Assembly: GCA_965226885.1 (NCBI GenBank)
Contig: CBDDEL010000011.1
Location: 297,508 to 361,507 of the forward strand
Direction: 5' to 3'
DNA: 64,000 nt
Source: Opitutales bacterium
GTDB lineage: Bacteria; Verrucomicrobiota; Verrucomicrobiia; Opitutales; UBA2987
The notes below the pieces were generated by a model. That model searched no databases. It was given only the letters and a program-made list of their open reading frames with translations, and was not told the origin of the DNA. Each line of letters begins with the position of its first letter. Position 1 is the stretch's first letter. A program made the translations under genes and the position numbers. Positions 9,429-19,100 of this stretch are shown here, in pieces.

Positions 9429-10411
9429 GAAACATCCTCATCGAAATTTTTACCGTTCAACTTGAATAATGCCCTGGTGATGAGGGCGCGGGCCATTGGC
9501 ATTTTATAGCCGTTATGCTCCTGCGGAACCGCCTCGTTCAATATCATTTCGGCAGCCATTTTGGCAGCTCTTCGATCCAGTTCCCGGCCTTCCAGAAATT
9601 CGTTCGCTTCCTCCACCTCGTGAACCAAGGGAGAAATCGCACCCAGGGCCACCCGCACATTACGCAAGACGTTTCCTGCCACGTCTCCGGCGGCAGCGCA
9701 ACTGACCAAGGCCCAGTCGAAATCGCTTTTTTCGGAAACTTGCAGGTAAATGCAAGGTCTTGTTTTGACCGGAATTTCGATATGGAGAATGAGGTCCGCC
9801 GGCTGCAAAGAATTGTGGGCGTAGGGGTTGAACCAGGCGTTCATGTAAAACTCGCCCATGCTGACATTGAAATTGTTCTTGCTGCGCTGGACATTGGCGG
9901 TCGCGTTGAGGGTGGCCAGGATAACCGCCATATTGGACACCACCGGGCTGATACAGGGATTTCCGGAAAAAAGGCTGTGGTATTTGTTTTCGGCTTCCTG
10001 GGCGTAACAGCGGGCTCCGCCGTTTTTGAGGCATTGCACATCGCGGTGGCGGTAATACCAGCAGCGGGAATGCTGGGCCAGGTTGCCCGCCAAGGTTCCC
10101 ATGTTGCGGATTTGGGGCGATCCGACCCTGGCGGCCGCTTCGGCCACACCGGGAAGGTTTTTTTGAAGGCCCGCGTGTCCCGCGATTTCCGCAATGGTTA
10201 CATTGGCGCCCAATTTCCAACCGTCTTCGGTTTCAACAATGTCCCGTGTGCCCGGAAGCCGTTTGATATTAACCAGCCTACCCGGTTTCAACACGTAGTC
10301 CTTGATTTCACCGAGAAGGTCGGTGCCTCCGGCCAGGAATTTATCTTTTTTGCCGCAGAGTTGCAAAGCCCTTTCGGTATTTGGGGCCGTCACATATTGA
10401 AAAGCATTCAT
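9425..10411 (-). CDS. Xanthine dehydrogenase family FAD subunit (PaoB/YagS-like)
   Basis: AGGTDL, SPQIRNMGTLAGNL, Cys cluster RCWYYR..C.K.GG..C...C as in the PaoB 4Fe-4S insert, ALGAISP, NGYK. Confidence 0.9.
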   Translation of the reverse strand: MNAFQYVTAPNTERALQLCGKKDKFLAGGTDLLGEIKDYVLKPGRLVNIKRLPGTRDIVETEDGWKLGANVTIAEIAGHAGLQKNLPGVAEAAARVGSPQIRNMGTLAGNLAQHSRCWYYRHRDVQCLKNGGARCYAQEAENKYHSLFSGNPCISPVVSNMAVILATLNATANVQRSKNNFNVSMGEFYMNAWFNPYAHNSLQPADLILHIEIPVKTRPCIYLQVSEKSDFDWALVSCAAAGDVAGNVLRNVRVALGAISPLVHEVEEANEFLEGRELDRRAAKMAAEMILNEAVPQEHNGYKMPMARALITRALFKLNGKNFDEDVS

Positions 10412-12594
10412 TAGTGACCCCTCTCCTTGGCTTCGGCGGGTTTAAATTCATCCCAATGGAGTTTTTTATGAAAATCCCTCCAATTTCCTGCCAACGATGC
10501 GGCGGGTTTGTTGGGTACTTTGCCCAAGGCGGCCAGTACTTTGTCCGGGGTGATAGGGATGCTTGGCACCCGCGCACCGAGAGCGTTGGCGACGGCGTTT
10601 CCGATGGCGGCGGCGGTGGGGATGGTGGCCGGTTCACCTATTCCGATGACTCCGCGCTCGGGCATATCCAGCAGGATAATTTCGATTTCGGGCATGTCCT
10701 GGGCTCCGGGCAGTTTGTAGGTTTCAAAATTTGGGTTGAGGACTACGCCGGAAAGCGGGTCCATCACGCGTTCCTCGAATAAGGCGTATCCGATACCCAT
10801 AATGACCCCGCCGTAAGCCTGGCTTTCGCAGGTCAATTTATTGACCACCAGACCGCAGTCCTGCACGCAGACGATCTTTTTAATTTTGACGAAGCCGGTT
10901 GCGGTGTCCACGGCGACTTCCGCCATCTGCACGCCGCCCACTCCGCGAGAGGATAGGCCTTCATGCCAGCGCCCCTGGGCAATGAGCGGCTGGATGCCGA
11001 TTTTTTGGCATGCCGTCGGCCAATGGTTCCCGGTGGGGTCTTCCATGTCGCTGACCTCTCGCAATTCTTTCAAGGCATTGTGGCAAACGTTGTGAATGGC
11101 GGGCGACACCGAGGCGGCCGTGGTGCTTCCGCCGCTGCCGCCGGAAGGCGGGAAAAGAGTGTCTCCCAAACGGACCGTGATCTGGCTGGGTTTAAGGCCG
11201 AAAATCTCCGCCGCGATAACCGCCATGAGGGTGCGGGTGCCGGTTCCCAAATCCTGGGTGCCGCAGCGCAATTCGACCGAACCGTCGGCATTGATCTGGC
11301 ATTCGGCCTGGGTTCCGCGGCCTCCCCCGCCCCAGGTGCCCCCGGCCAGGCCGATTCCGGTTTTGATGGTTCCGGCAGAGCTGCCGGGAGGCCGATACTT
11401 CTCTTTCCAGCCGAAACGCTGGGCCGCTAATTTCCATTCCTTTCGGCGAATTTCCGCCGGCAGCGAGTCGGAGGTATCGTTTTTGAGACGAAAATCAAGC
11501 GGGTCCATTTTCAGCTTGAGGGCCATTTCGTCCATGATGGACTCCATGCCGAAGGAGGCCTGGGGATGGCCCGGCGCGCGAAAGGCCCTGGCTGAACCGG
11601 AGTTGATAGCGATACCGGCCTGGCGAACCCTGGTATTGGGTATGTTGTAAATATAGGGAGCGGGAAAACCCGACCGGCCGCCCCCTCCCGCTGTGCTGGG
11701 GCCACTGGCGAATCCTGCCGAGCCGAAGGCGTTCATTTCAAATGCGATGACTTTGCCCTCTGCGTCCGCGCCCATGCGGATTTGCTGAAATGAAGATGGG
11801 CGATAGCCAACCGCTCTTGCCTCATCATAGCGGGGGAGCATGAGCTTGACCGGAAGGCCGGTTTGGCGGGTCAGGCGGGAGACCAGGACGCCTTCCACTC
11901 CGGGTCCGAACTTGGAGCCGAAACCGCCCCCCATGTATTCGCTGACGACGCGCACCTGGTTTTGCGGAATTTCGAGGTTGTTAGCCAATCCGTCGCGAAC
12001 ACTGAAAACCCCCTGGGTGGAAGCCCAAACCGTAAGGTTGTCTCCCTGCTGGTGGGCGGTGTTGCCGTGAGTTTCCAGGCAGTGGTGCATTTGAATTTGA
12101 GTGGTATAAAGCCCTTCGACGATTGTCGCGGATTGGGCAAATGCTTGATCGACTTCTCCGTTTTCCCGCACCCGCGGTTCGCCGATATTGGGAAAATCCG
12201 GAAAAACCCTGGCCGAATCGGGATTTATAGCCGTTTCCTCATTGACGACATGGGGCAGTTCGGTGGCTTCCACTTTGATGAGCGCCAGGGCGTCGAGACA
12301 GGCCTGTTTGCTTGTTGCGGCCACGGCAGCCAGCTCCTGTCCGTAATAATGAGCGACAAATGCATCATCCCGCACCTTGATGACCGCCTGGATGCCGGGA
12401 GAATTGAGGGCAGCCGACAAGTCGATAGAGTGAATTTTGGCGTTGGCCCATTTGGAACGCAAAATCATTCCGTAAAGCCAGCCTTCATTATGAATATCGG
12501 AGGAATAGCGGGCGGCGCCGGTCACCTTGTGCGGGCCGTCCACGCGTTGAGTGAATTTGCCCAGGTATTTGGGGTTTTTTGGCCAGCTAGGCAT
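10411..12594 (-). CDS. Xanthine dehydrogenase family molybdopterin subunit (PaoC/YagR-like)
   Basis: RVDGxxKVTG, HHCLETH, STQG, GGGFGSK, FRAPG, QDLGTG, SGGS, GIGEP (catalytic Glu). Confidence 0.92.
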   Translation of the reverse strand: MPSWPKNPKYLGKFTQRVDGPHKVTGAARYSSDIHNEGWLYGMILRSKWANAKIHSIDLSAALNSPGIQAVIKVRDDAFVAHYYGQELAAVAATSKQACLDALALIKVEATELPHVVNEETAINPDSARVFPDFPNIGEPRVRENGEVDQAFAQSATIVEGLYTTQIQMHHCLETHGNTAHQQGDNLTVWASTQGVFSVRDGLANNLEIPQNQVRVVSEYMGGGFGSKFGPGVEGVLVSRLTRQTGLPVKLMLPRYDEARAVGYRPSSFQQIRMGADAEGKVIAFEMNAFGSAGFASGPSTAGGGGRSGFPAPYIYNIPNTRVRQAGIAINSGSARAFRAPGHPQASFGMESIMDEMALKLKMDPLDFRLKNDTSDSLPAEIRRKEWKLAAQRFGWKEKYRPPGSSAGTIKTGIGLAGGTWGGGGRGTQAECQINADGSVELRCGTQDLGTGTRTLMAVIAAEIFGLKPSQITVRLGDTLFPPSGGSGGSTTAASVSPAIHNVCHNALKELREVSDMEDPTGNHWPTACQKIGIQPLIAQGRWHEGLSSRGVGGVQMAEVAVDTATGFVKIKKIVCVQDCGLVVNKLTCESQAYGGVIMGIGYALFEERVMDPLSGVVLNPNFETYKLPGAQDMPEIEIILLDMPERGVIGIGEPATIPTAAAIGNAVANALGARVPSIPITPDKVLAALGKVPNKPAASLAGNWRDFHKKLHWDEFKPAEAKERGH

Positions 12595-13264
12595 TAAAGA
12601 TTTCCTTTGCTGATAAAATTTGCACCCGATTTTTGGTTTTCACCCCGGCAGCTTTGAGGGCGGCCTCAAATATGCGAGGATAGGTTCCGCAGCGGCAGAG
12701 ATTGCCCGAGCAGGCTTCCCTGACCTCGGCTTCGGTGGGGCGGGGGTTATTGTCCAGCAGGGCCGTTAGATTGACGACGAATCCCGGTGTGCAATAACCG
12801 CACATGAGGGAATCGCACTCCACAAACGCTTGCTGCACTTTGTTCAGTTTGCCGTTGGGGGAGAGGCCCTCGACGGTGGTGATTTCTTCTTCCTGCGAGT
12901 CGATGGCCAGCTTCATGCAGGAATATTGGGGAACCCCGTCCACCATTACGGTGCAGGCCCCGCAGGTGCCGCGATCGCAGACTTCTTTTTGCCCCGTCAG
13001 GTTCAAATGCTCCCGGATGGCCTCCAGGAGGGTGACCCTGGGCTCGAGGACGAGGTTTTTTTTCTGGCCGTTGATATTGAGGGTAATAGGCGTCCCTTGC
13101 GGCCCGGCGATTTTTTCGTCGTTAATATCCTTTATCTGGGCCGCCAGATGCTCTGCTTGAGTTGCCGCCGCGGCCACCGCGGAGGTGCCCACGCCCTTCA
13201 GGAAGTCTCGCCGTGAAAGGGAGTTGGGGCCGCTTCTGGTGGCATTTTTATTTTTACCCGACAT
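12587..13264 (-). CDS. 2Fe-2S subunit with Tat signal (PaoA/YagT-like)
   Basis: SRRDFLK Tat motif; CDRGTCGAC...SC and CGYC...CRC iron-sulfur motifs. Confidence 0.92.
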   Translation of the reverse strand: MSGKNKNATRSGPNSLSRRDFLKGVGTSAVAAAATQAEHLAAQIKDINDEKIAGPQGTPITLNINGQKKNLVLEPRVTLLEAIREHLNLTGQKEVCDRGTCGACTVMVDGVPQYSCMKLAIDSQEEEITTVEGLSPNGKLNKVQQAFVECDSLMCGYCTPGFVVNLTALLDNNPRPTEAEVREACSGNLCRCGTYPRIFEAALKAAGVKTKNRVQILSAKEIFNA

Positions 13265-13318
13265 GCCAGCAGTGGTGGGTGGGGTGCATAACAAGTATTT
13301 GAACTTGATTGAGTTGTT

Positions 13319-14023
13319 TCAGCCTTCGTTTTTGTTGACTGCGTAGGGGGGCGATTCCTTGCCGAAACTTCCTATAAATACGCTTTTGGCGAGGTGGTTG
13401 TTCCAGGCGAGTTTGAGCCCTTTTTCCCGCACGGTGGATTTGCGGTTGAGAAGGACATTGAACGAATTCATGGGGGAGCGAGGGCTGTGCCATAGCATTC
13501 CGGCGCAATGTTCGGGACCGGACGCAACCAGAGATTGCGTCTCCAGGGCAATGGATTGGCCGATTTTGAGGGAAACGGTTTCACCGGATCCTGAAATTTC
13601 GATGGGGGCCATTTTTTCCTGGACCGTTCCGGCGGAGATTTTTGGGTGCATGGTTTTGAGCCAATCGACCAGTGCCAATCGCTGCTCCTGGCTGGCTTCC
13701 GGTGGTAGATAAATGACACTTCCGGTGGGAAGGGTGGTGGGGAAGGACAGGTTGGCCTTGGCGACTTGCAGGAGGGCCACTTTTAAGCCGGTAAAATCTT
13801 GCCCGGCATGAACGCCTTTTTCAAAGTTCCAGACCCGCAGGAGGGAACGGCCGCCGAGGGTGGATTCGGAAGATGCGATGCAGCCCCCGGCAATCAGTTC
13901 GCAGTCGTGCAATTCCAATACTTTGCCGCCGGGTATATCTTCCGAGGCGGTGGCTGCTAATGAAAGGGCGCAGGTAGAGGCAATGAGGGTGGCAATAGCG
14001 ATATAAAGGCTTTTAGTTTTCAT
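13319..14023 (-). CDS. Secreted hypothetical protein, DUF1326-like
   Basis: Signal peptide; E.HxC.....GC followed by W...G...G.DFTGLKV and EQRxAL. Resemblance to DUF1326 is from memory. Confidence 0.5.
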   Translation of the reverse strand: MKTKSLYIAIATLIASTCALSLAATASEDIPGGKVLELHDCELIAGGCIASSESTLGGRSLLRVWNFEKGVHAGQDFTGLKVALLQVAKANLSFPTTLPTGSVIYLPPEASQEQRLALVDWLKTMHPKISAGTVQEKMAPIEISGSGETVSLKIGQSIALETQSLVASGPEHCAGMLWHSPRSPMNSFNVLLNRKSTVREKGLKLAWNNHLAKSVFIGSFGKESPPYAVNKNEG

Positions 14024-14115
14024 TTTGAATGGCATGGGGCTCCCTGGTTGAGGGCTCCCTGGTTGATCGTATGCACATAAACGATGTCAATGGCTTCATT
14101 TGCTTGGTTGACGAC

Positions 14116-14144
14116 GTTTTAACCGGGCAAAATGATGAAGGCAA
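14116..14144 (-). promoter_or_regulatory. Putative sigma70 promoter for the DUF1326-Pao-Gfo operon
   Basis: Minus strand TTGCCT-N17-TAAAAC about 90 bp upstream of the first gene. Confidence 0.45.
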
Positions 14145-14186
14145 GCAAATCCGGTTTTTGGACAAAATCCGGTGGCTTGCACGAGT

Positions 14187-15077
14187 TTAGAAGCCTGTCG
14201 CGTCCAGGTACAACTTCTGTATTTTTTCCGTCACCTCGTTCAATTCCTCGAGGCCTTCGGTGGCGACATTGCCGATGACCACCCGCAATGGCCGCTGCCC
14301 GACCGGCATTTCGATGAGGTCGCTGATACCATCGGCAACTTCTTTTACGTCGGGAACATCGGGGCCGCTGAATTTTTCCGCAAAATAAGCGTATAGGTTG
14401 GATGCGGGGTTGGTCCCGACGCCGTAACCGTCCTGGCGGTCTGAATCGGCGGCCGCTATGCAGCTACCCCCAAGTTCGGTTGGGAAACCGCCCGGTTCGA
14501 TGGATACACAGTCTATGTTGAAGGGGGCCAGTTCGTGGGAGTAGGATTCGACGAGGGCCTCGAGGGCATATTTGGTTCCGCTGTATATGTTCAATCCGGG
14601 AATAAAAAGACGGCCGGTGGTGCTGGTTATGTGAATGAGCAGGCCGGATTTTCTTTCGCGCATGTGGGGTAGAACGGCGCGGTTTACGCGCAGCGGCCCC
14701 AGCGTGTTGACATCGAAAATGTGACTGACCTGTTCTATGGTAAAACCTTCCAGGTAGCCGGAGGAGCCGATTCCGGCATTATTGACGACCACGTCGATAT
14801 GCCCGGCGCTGGCCAGGATGCTTTCCACGGCCGCATTGACCGAAGATTCGTCCAGCACATCCAGTTCCACCACCTCCAGTTTGACGCCTTCGCTCTGGCT
14901 CCATTCCCCAAGCTCCCGGGCGACGTCTGCGTTTTTGCCCCCGACATCCCGCATGGTGGCAAAAACCCGATGGCCTTTTCGGGCCAGGGTCTCGACAATC
15001 GACCGGCCGAAACCGCTGGTGCTGCCGGTTACCAGAACGTTCATACTTTTCGCATTAGCATTAGTATTTGTATCCAT
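14187..15077 (-). CDS. SDR family oxidoreductase
   Basis: TGSTSGFG, NNAG, YSGTK (YxxxK), IEPG. Confidence 0.9.
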   Translation of the reverse strand: MDTNTNANAKSMNVLVTGSTSGFGRSIVETLARKGHRVFATMRDVGGKNADVARELGEWSQSEGVKLEVVELDVLDESSVNAAVESILASAGHIDVVVNNAGIGSSGYLEGFTIEQVSHIFDVNTLGPLRVNRAVLPHMRERKSGLLIHITSTTGRLFIPGLNIYSGTKYALEALVESYSHELAPFNIDCVSIEPGGFPTELGGSCIAAADSDRQDGYGVGTNPASNLYAYFAEKFSGPDVPDVKEVADGISDLIEMPVGQRPLRVVIGNVATEGLEELNEVTEKIQKLYLDATGF

Positions 15078-15123
15078 ATTTGTGCTTTCTCAGTAATATA
15101 ATTTCGGTTAAAATTCACCCTAA

Positions 15124-16692
15124 CCCGGATATTTCGTAAAAAAAGTATCGTTGATATGCTTAACTGCTGATATACAGCAGGATAGATCAATAATTAAAGC
15201 AATATCAGCGATGACAAAAGGTAAACAATTAAAGCTACAGTTGACAAGGGTAAAAGGCCGCCGTGTGCGGGTTGATTTCAAGGGCGGAGAGGTTACTTCG
15301 GATGCCGGACTGCTTTTGATCCGGGAAGTGGATCGGCAGTTGGGCTTGACCGAACGAGCGGCCCGACAGTTAGTGGACAAACGGCAGAAGGGCAAAGTAC
15401 GCCATGAGGTATTGGGGATGCTGCGGCAGCGCGTTTACGGGCTGGTGGCGGGCTATGAGGATTTGAACGACTTTGATACCCTGCGCCACGATCCATTGTT
15501 GCAAACGGTAACGGGGCGCATTGAAACGTTGGCCAGCGCGCCGACTTTGTGTCGTTTTGAAAACGGGCAGGATCGGCGGGCGGCCTTTGCGGTAAACGAG
15601 CTGTTGGTCGAACAGTTCATGGGCTCCTTTGCCGAGGAACCCGAAGAGATCATCCTGGACTTTGACGCCACCGACAATCCGGTGCACGGGCTCCAGGAGG
15701 GACGTTTTTTCCACGGTTATTATGATCATTACTGTTTTCTGCCGCTATATGTTTTTTGCGGTGATCAGCTGCTGGTGGCCTACCTGCGGCCGAGCAAGAT
15801 CGATGCCAGCAAGCATGCCGGGGCCATCCTCAAATTGCTGGTTAAACGGATTCGCCAAAGCTGGCCCCGTACGCGGATTATTTGGCGCGCCGACAGTGGA
15901 TTTTGTCGAGACCGGATACTCTCTTGGTGCGACCGCAACGAAGTTAGTTACATCGTGGGGATGGCTCGCAATGCACGCTTGCAGCAAGACGCCCAGCAGT
16001 TGCAAAAGCAGGCCAAAGAATGGTTCGAACTAAGGGGTAAAAAACAACGGTTATTCCAGGACTTCGTCTATGCTGCCGATTCGTGGCGATGGCTGCGGTT
16101 GGTCATCCATAAAGCCGAACACACCGCACAGGGGTCCAACCCGCGCTTCGTGGTGACGAACCTGCCGGGCGATCCCCAGGAGCTTTACGACAAGGTATAC
16201 TGTGGCCGCGGTGAAATGGAGAACCGAATCAAGGAACAGATGCAATTGTTCAGCGAGCGCACCAGCGCCCATCAATGGTGGGCCAATCAGTGCCGATTGC
16301 TCTTGTCGGCGCTGGCCTACACCTTGATGGAAGCCATGCGCCGGTTAGCCTTAAAAGGGACGAAGTGGGCGCGGGCCCAATGCCACACCCTGCGGCTCAA
16401 ATTAATCAAGATCGGAGCGGTCATCGTGCGCAACACCCGAACGATTCACTTTCACCTAAGTGAGAGTTATCCTTGGGCCAGTCTTTTCAACCATGCGGCC
16501 CGCCGATTGGTGCCAACCTAAAGGGTGCATTGGTGCTGCCCCCGGCACTACCGAACCAATGGGGGAAAGGGGGCAGTGTCTCTACACCCTGAAAAACACC
16601 TAAAAATCAAGACGATCTGCTCAAAATACAAAGAAATCCATCTCCAATAGCAATAACACGAGCCAAACTTTACCCTTCATGAAATATCCGGG
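15124..16692 (+). mobile_element. IS1380-family element, copy 1
   Basis: IRs CCCGGATATTTC/GAAATATCCGGG; 4-bp flanks CTAA/CTAA. Confidence 0.92.
15211..16521 (+). CDS. IS1380-family transposase
   Basis: F.GGxVTSDAGLLL, GYEDLND, LAS.PTL.R.EN, LDFDATD, RADSGF, RGEMENRIKE. ATG at 15211 is preferred over TTG at 15151. Confidence 0.92.
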   Translation: MTKGKQLKLQLTRVKGRRVRVDFKGGEVTSDAGLLLIREVDRQLGLTERAARQLVDKRQKGKVRHEVLGMLRQRVYGLVAGYEDLNDFDTLRHDPLLQTVTGRIETLASAPTLCRFENGQDRRAAFAVNELLVEQFMGSFAEEPEEIILDFDATDNPVHGLQEGRFFHGYYDHYCFLPLYVFCGDQLLVAYLRPSKIDASKHAGAILKLLVKRIRQSWPRTRIIWRADSGFCRDRILSWCDRNEVSYIVGMARNARLQQDAQQLQKQAKEWFELRGKKQRLFQDFVYAADSWRWLRLVIHKAEHTAQGSNPRFVVTNLPGDPQELYDKVYCGRGEMENRIKEQMQLFSERTSAHQWWANQCRLLLSALAYTLMEAMRRLALKGTKWARAQCHTLRLKLIKIGAVIVRNTRTIHFHLSESYPWASLFNHAARRLVPT

Positions 16693-16745
16693 CTAATGTT
16701 TCATAATTAAACCACGGATGCAAGTTGCTGGATGCTGGATTTTGG

Positions 16746-17487
16746 GGTAGTGTATAAAAAAAGAATGTTATATTGTATTTTTAGCTGTACAAATAGCGTT
16801 AGGCAGTTTATTTTTAGTGCATGGTTACTAAAATTATTAATTGTCGGCACTGTGGAAGTGAAAATATCATTAAATTTGGCAAGACGCCCAACCATAAACA
16901 GCGCTACCGCTGCCATGATTGTGGTAAACAAAGCCGCGAAAACCCCACAGTGAAATACACCGAAGAGCAAAAAGAAATGATCCTTCGAGTCTATCAGGAA
17001 CGCAGCAGTCTACGCGGTTTACAGCGCGCCTTCGGGGTGAGTCCCAACACCGTTTTGAGTTGGTTAAAAAAAACGACAATCGCTGCGACCGCTCAAAAGC
17101 ACGATTCTTGCGGCCCGCCGCCATGATGTCATTGAACTGGACGAACTGTGGTCTTTTGTGGGGCGCAAGAGCGATGCCCAATGGGTTTGGATCGCTCTTT
17201 GCCGACGCACCCGTCAAATCCTCTCCTATGCCATTGGGCCTCGGGATTGGTATCGTTGCCGGGAACTTTACGAGCGTCTGCCACGGGCCTACAAAAGATG
17301 TGCCACCTACAGCGACTTTTGGAGCACTTATGATGAAGTCTTTCCTCATAACCGATCCGTGGGAAAATAACCGATCCGTGGGAAAAGAAACCGGTGAAAC
17401 GGCCCATGTGGAACGATGGAACAATACCCTGCGCCAACGACTGGGTCGTTTCACACGCAAAACCCTCTCCTTTTCCAAGCTTAAGAG
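16746..17487 (+). mobile_element. IS1-family element, copy 2, truncated and inactivated
   Basis: Left IR present. An internal 19-bp tandem duplication (17349-17386) creates a stop, and the last 79 bp are replaced by an IS3-family end. Confidence 0.9.
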
Positions 17488-17598
17488 TGATGTGACCGCC
17501 GAAAACACTACCATTGCCAGTGAGAGTCTTTCTGGAGAAATTACCGGAAAGACCTATGAAGCAAAAAAGATACACCCCTGAACAAATCATAACGATAC

Positions 17599-18926
17599 TG
17601 ACGTGTACTGGATTTGTTGGACACGGGATTCTCTTATATTCATTGTTTATTGATTAGTGTGTCAGGCGGCTTGTTTTGGTAAAGGGTTTTGTTTTCTCGT
17701 TGCCCCCCATGGGGGGCAAATATTTTCCTCGAATTGGACTGGGCTTTGGTAACTCAGAGAGGAATGTTTGCGATATCGGTTGTAGAAGATTTCCACGTAT
17801 TCGAAGACAGTTGATCGCAGTTCGCGCTCGTCGGCAAAGTGGCGGCCTCGAATCGTGCTGGTCTTGAAGCGGCCGTAGAACGATTCCATGGCCGCGTTGT
17901 CGTAGCAGTTGCCTTGGGCGCTCATGCTCGGCTTCATGCCTAGTTCAGAGACCAGCCTCTGATAGTCGTCGCTGGCGTAGGGGCTGCCCCGATCGCTGTG
18001 ATGAATAATCCCGGTGCGCAGTGTGCCGCGGGTCATGGCCGCGGCTTTGAGGGCCTTGCCAACCAGCTTCGCGTCGTTGTGGTTGGAAACGCTCCAGCCC
18101 AGCAGGCGTCGGCTGAACAGGTCCATCACCGTGGCCAAGTACATCCAACCGGCCAGGGTCCGTAGGTAGGTCGTGTCCGCCACCCAGACCTCGTCGATAT
18201 GGGTCGGCTGGCCATGCTTTTTAAGCACATTGGGGCTGTAACCATAGGGATGGTTACTGTTGGTTCTTAATGGCTTAAAGCGTTTACTCTGGGTGCTTTT
18301 GATTCCCATTTCACGCATCAGACGCAGAGCCCGGTCACGGCCGCAATCGATGCCCTCATCATCCTTCAGATGGCGGTGCATTGGCCGATGCCCATAGCGG
18401 CCCTTGGCCTCTTTGTGTACCTTCAGGATCGCCCCCTTGATTCCCTCGTCCTCGATCCGCCGGGCCGAGGGCGCTCGGTGCCTCCAGCAGTAATAGCCAC
18501 TGCGACAAATCCCCATCGCCGAGCATATTTCCTCGATCTTGAAGCGCCCCTCGTTGTCTTTGACAAACTGGTACTTCATTGTTCGTCCTTGGCAAAGTAG
18601 CCCACCGTTTTTTTTAGTATCTGGTTGATCCGCTCCGAGCGGCGCAGCTCTTTGCGAAGACGATCTATCTCGGCCGCCATCTCCTTCGGACTGCTCTGTC
18701 GCTTTGAGGTGGCTTCGCCCTGCTGATCGTCCAGATAGAGCCTCTTCCACCTATACAATTGGTTGGTGTTGACCCCAAGTTTGGTCGATACCTCGGTGGC
18801 GCTCAGACCATCGAGTATCATCAGTTGAACTGCCTCATTTTTGAACTCTATACTAAAGCGTCTTCTTCCCATGCTTCGATTCTCCATTTAGGAGAATCTC
18901 GTGTCCACTTTTTCCAGTGCACATCA
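17599..18926 (-). mobile_element. IS3-family element A, copy 1 (1328 bp)
   Basis: ~35-bp IRs TGATGTGCACTGGAAAAAGTGGACACGAGATTCTC / TGACGTGTACTGGATTTGTTGGACACGGGATTCTC. Near-identical to 61778-63105. Confidence 0.92.
17662..18887 (-). CDS. IS3-family transposase OrfAB (-1 frameshift at A8)
   Basis: OrfA HTH (18576-18887); OrfB with WVADTTY, HHSDRGSPY, DNAAMESF (DDE). Confidence 0.9.
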
Positions 18927-19100
18927 GTCCCACAATATCAGTCCTCAAAGCTACCATCGTTGGCGTAAAAAGTATGGCCGCATGGAGCTGCGTGACGCCA
19001 AGCGGCTGAAGGAGCTGGAGCGCGAGAACACACAGCTTAAGAAGATAGTAGCCGAGCAGATGCTGGAGAACCGTGTGCTCAAGGAGGTGAACGCAAAAAA

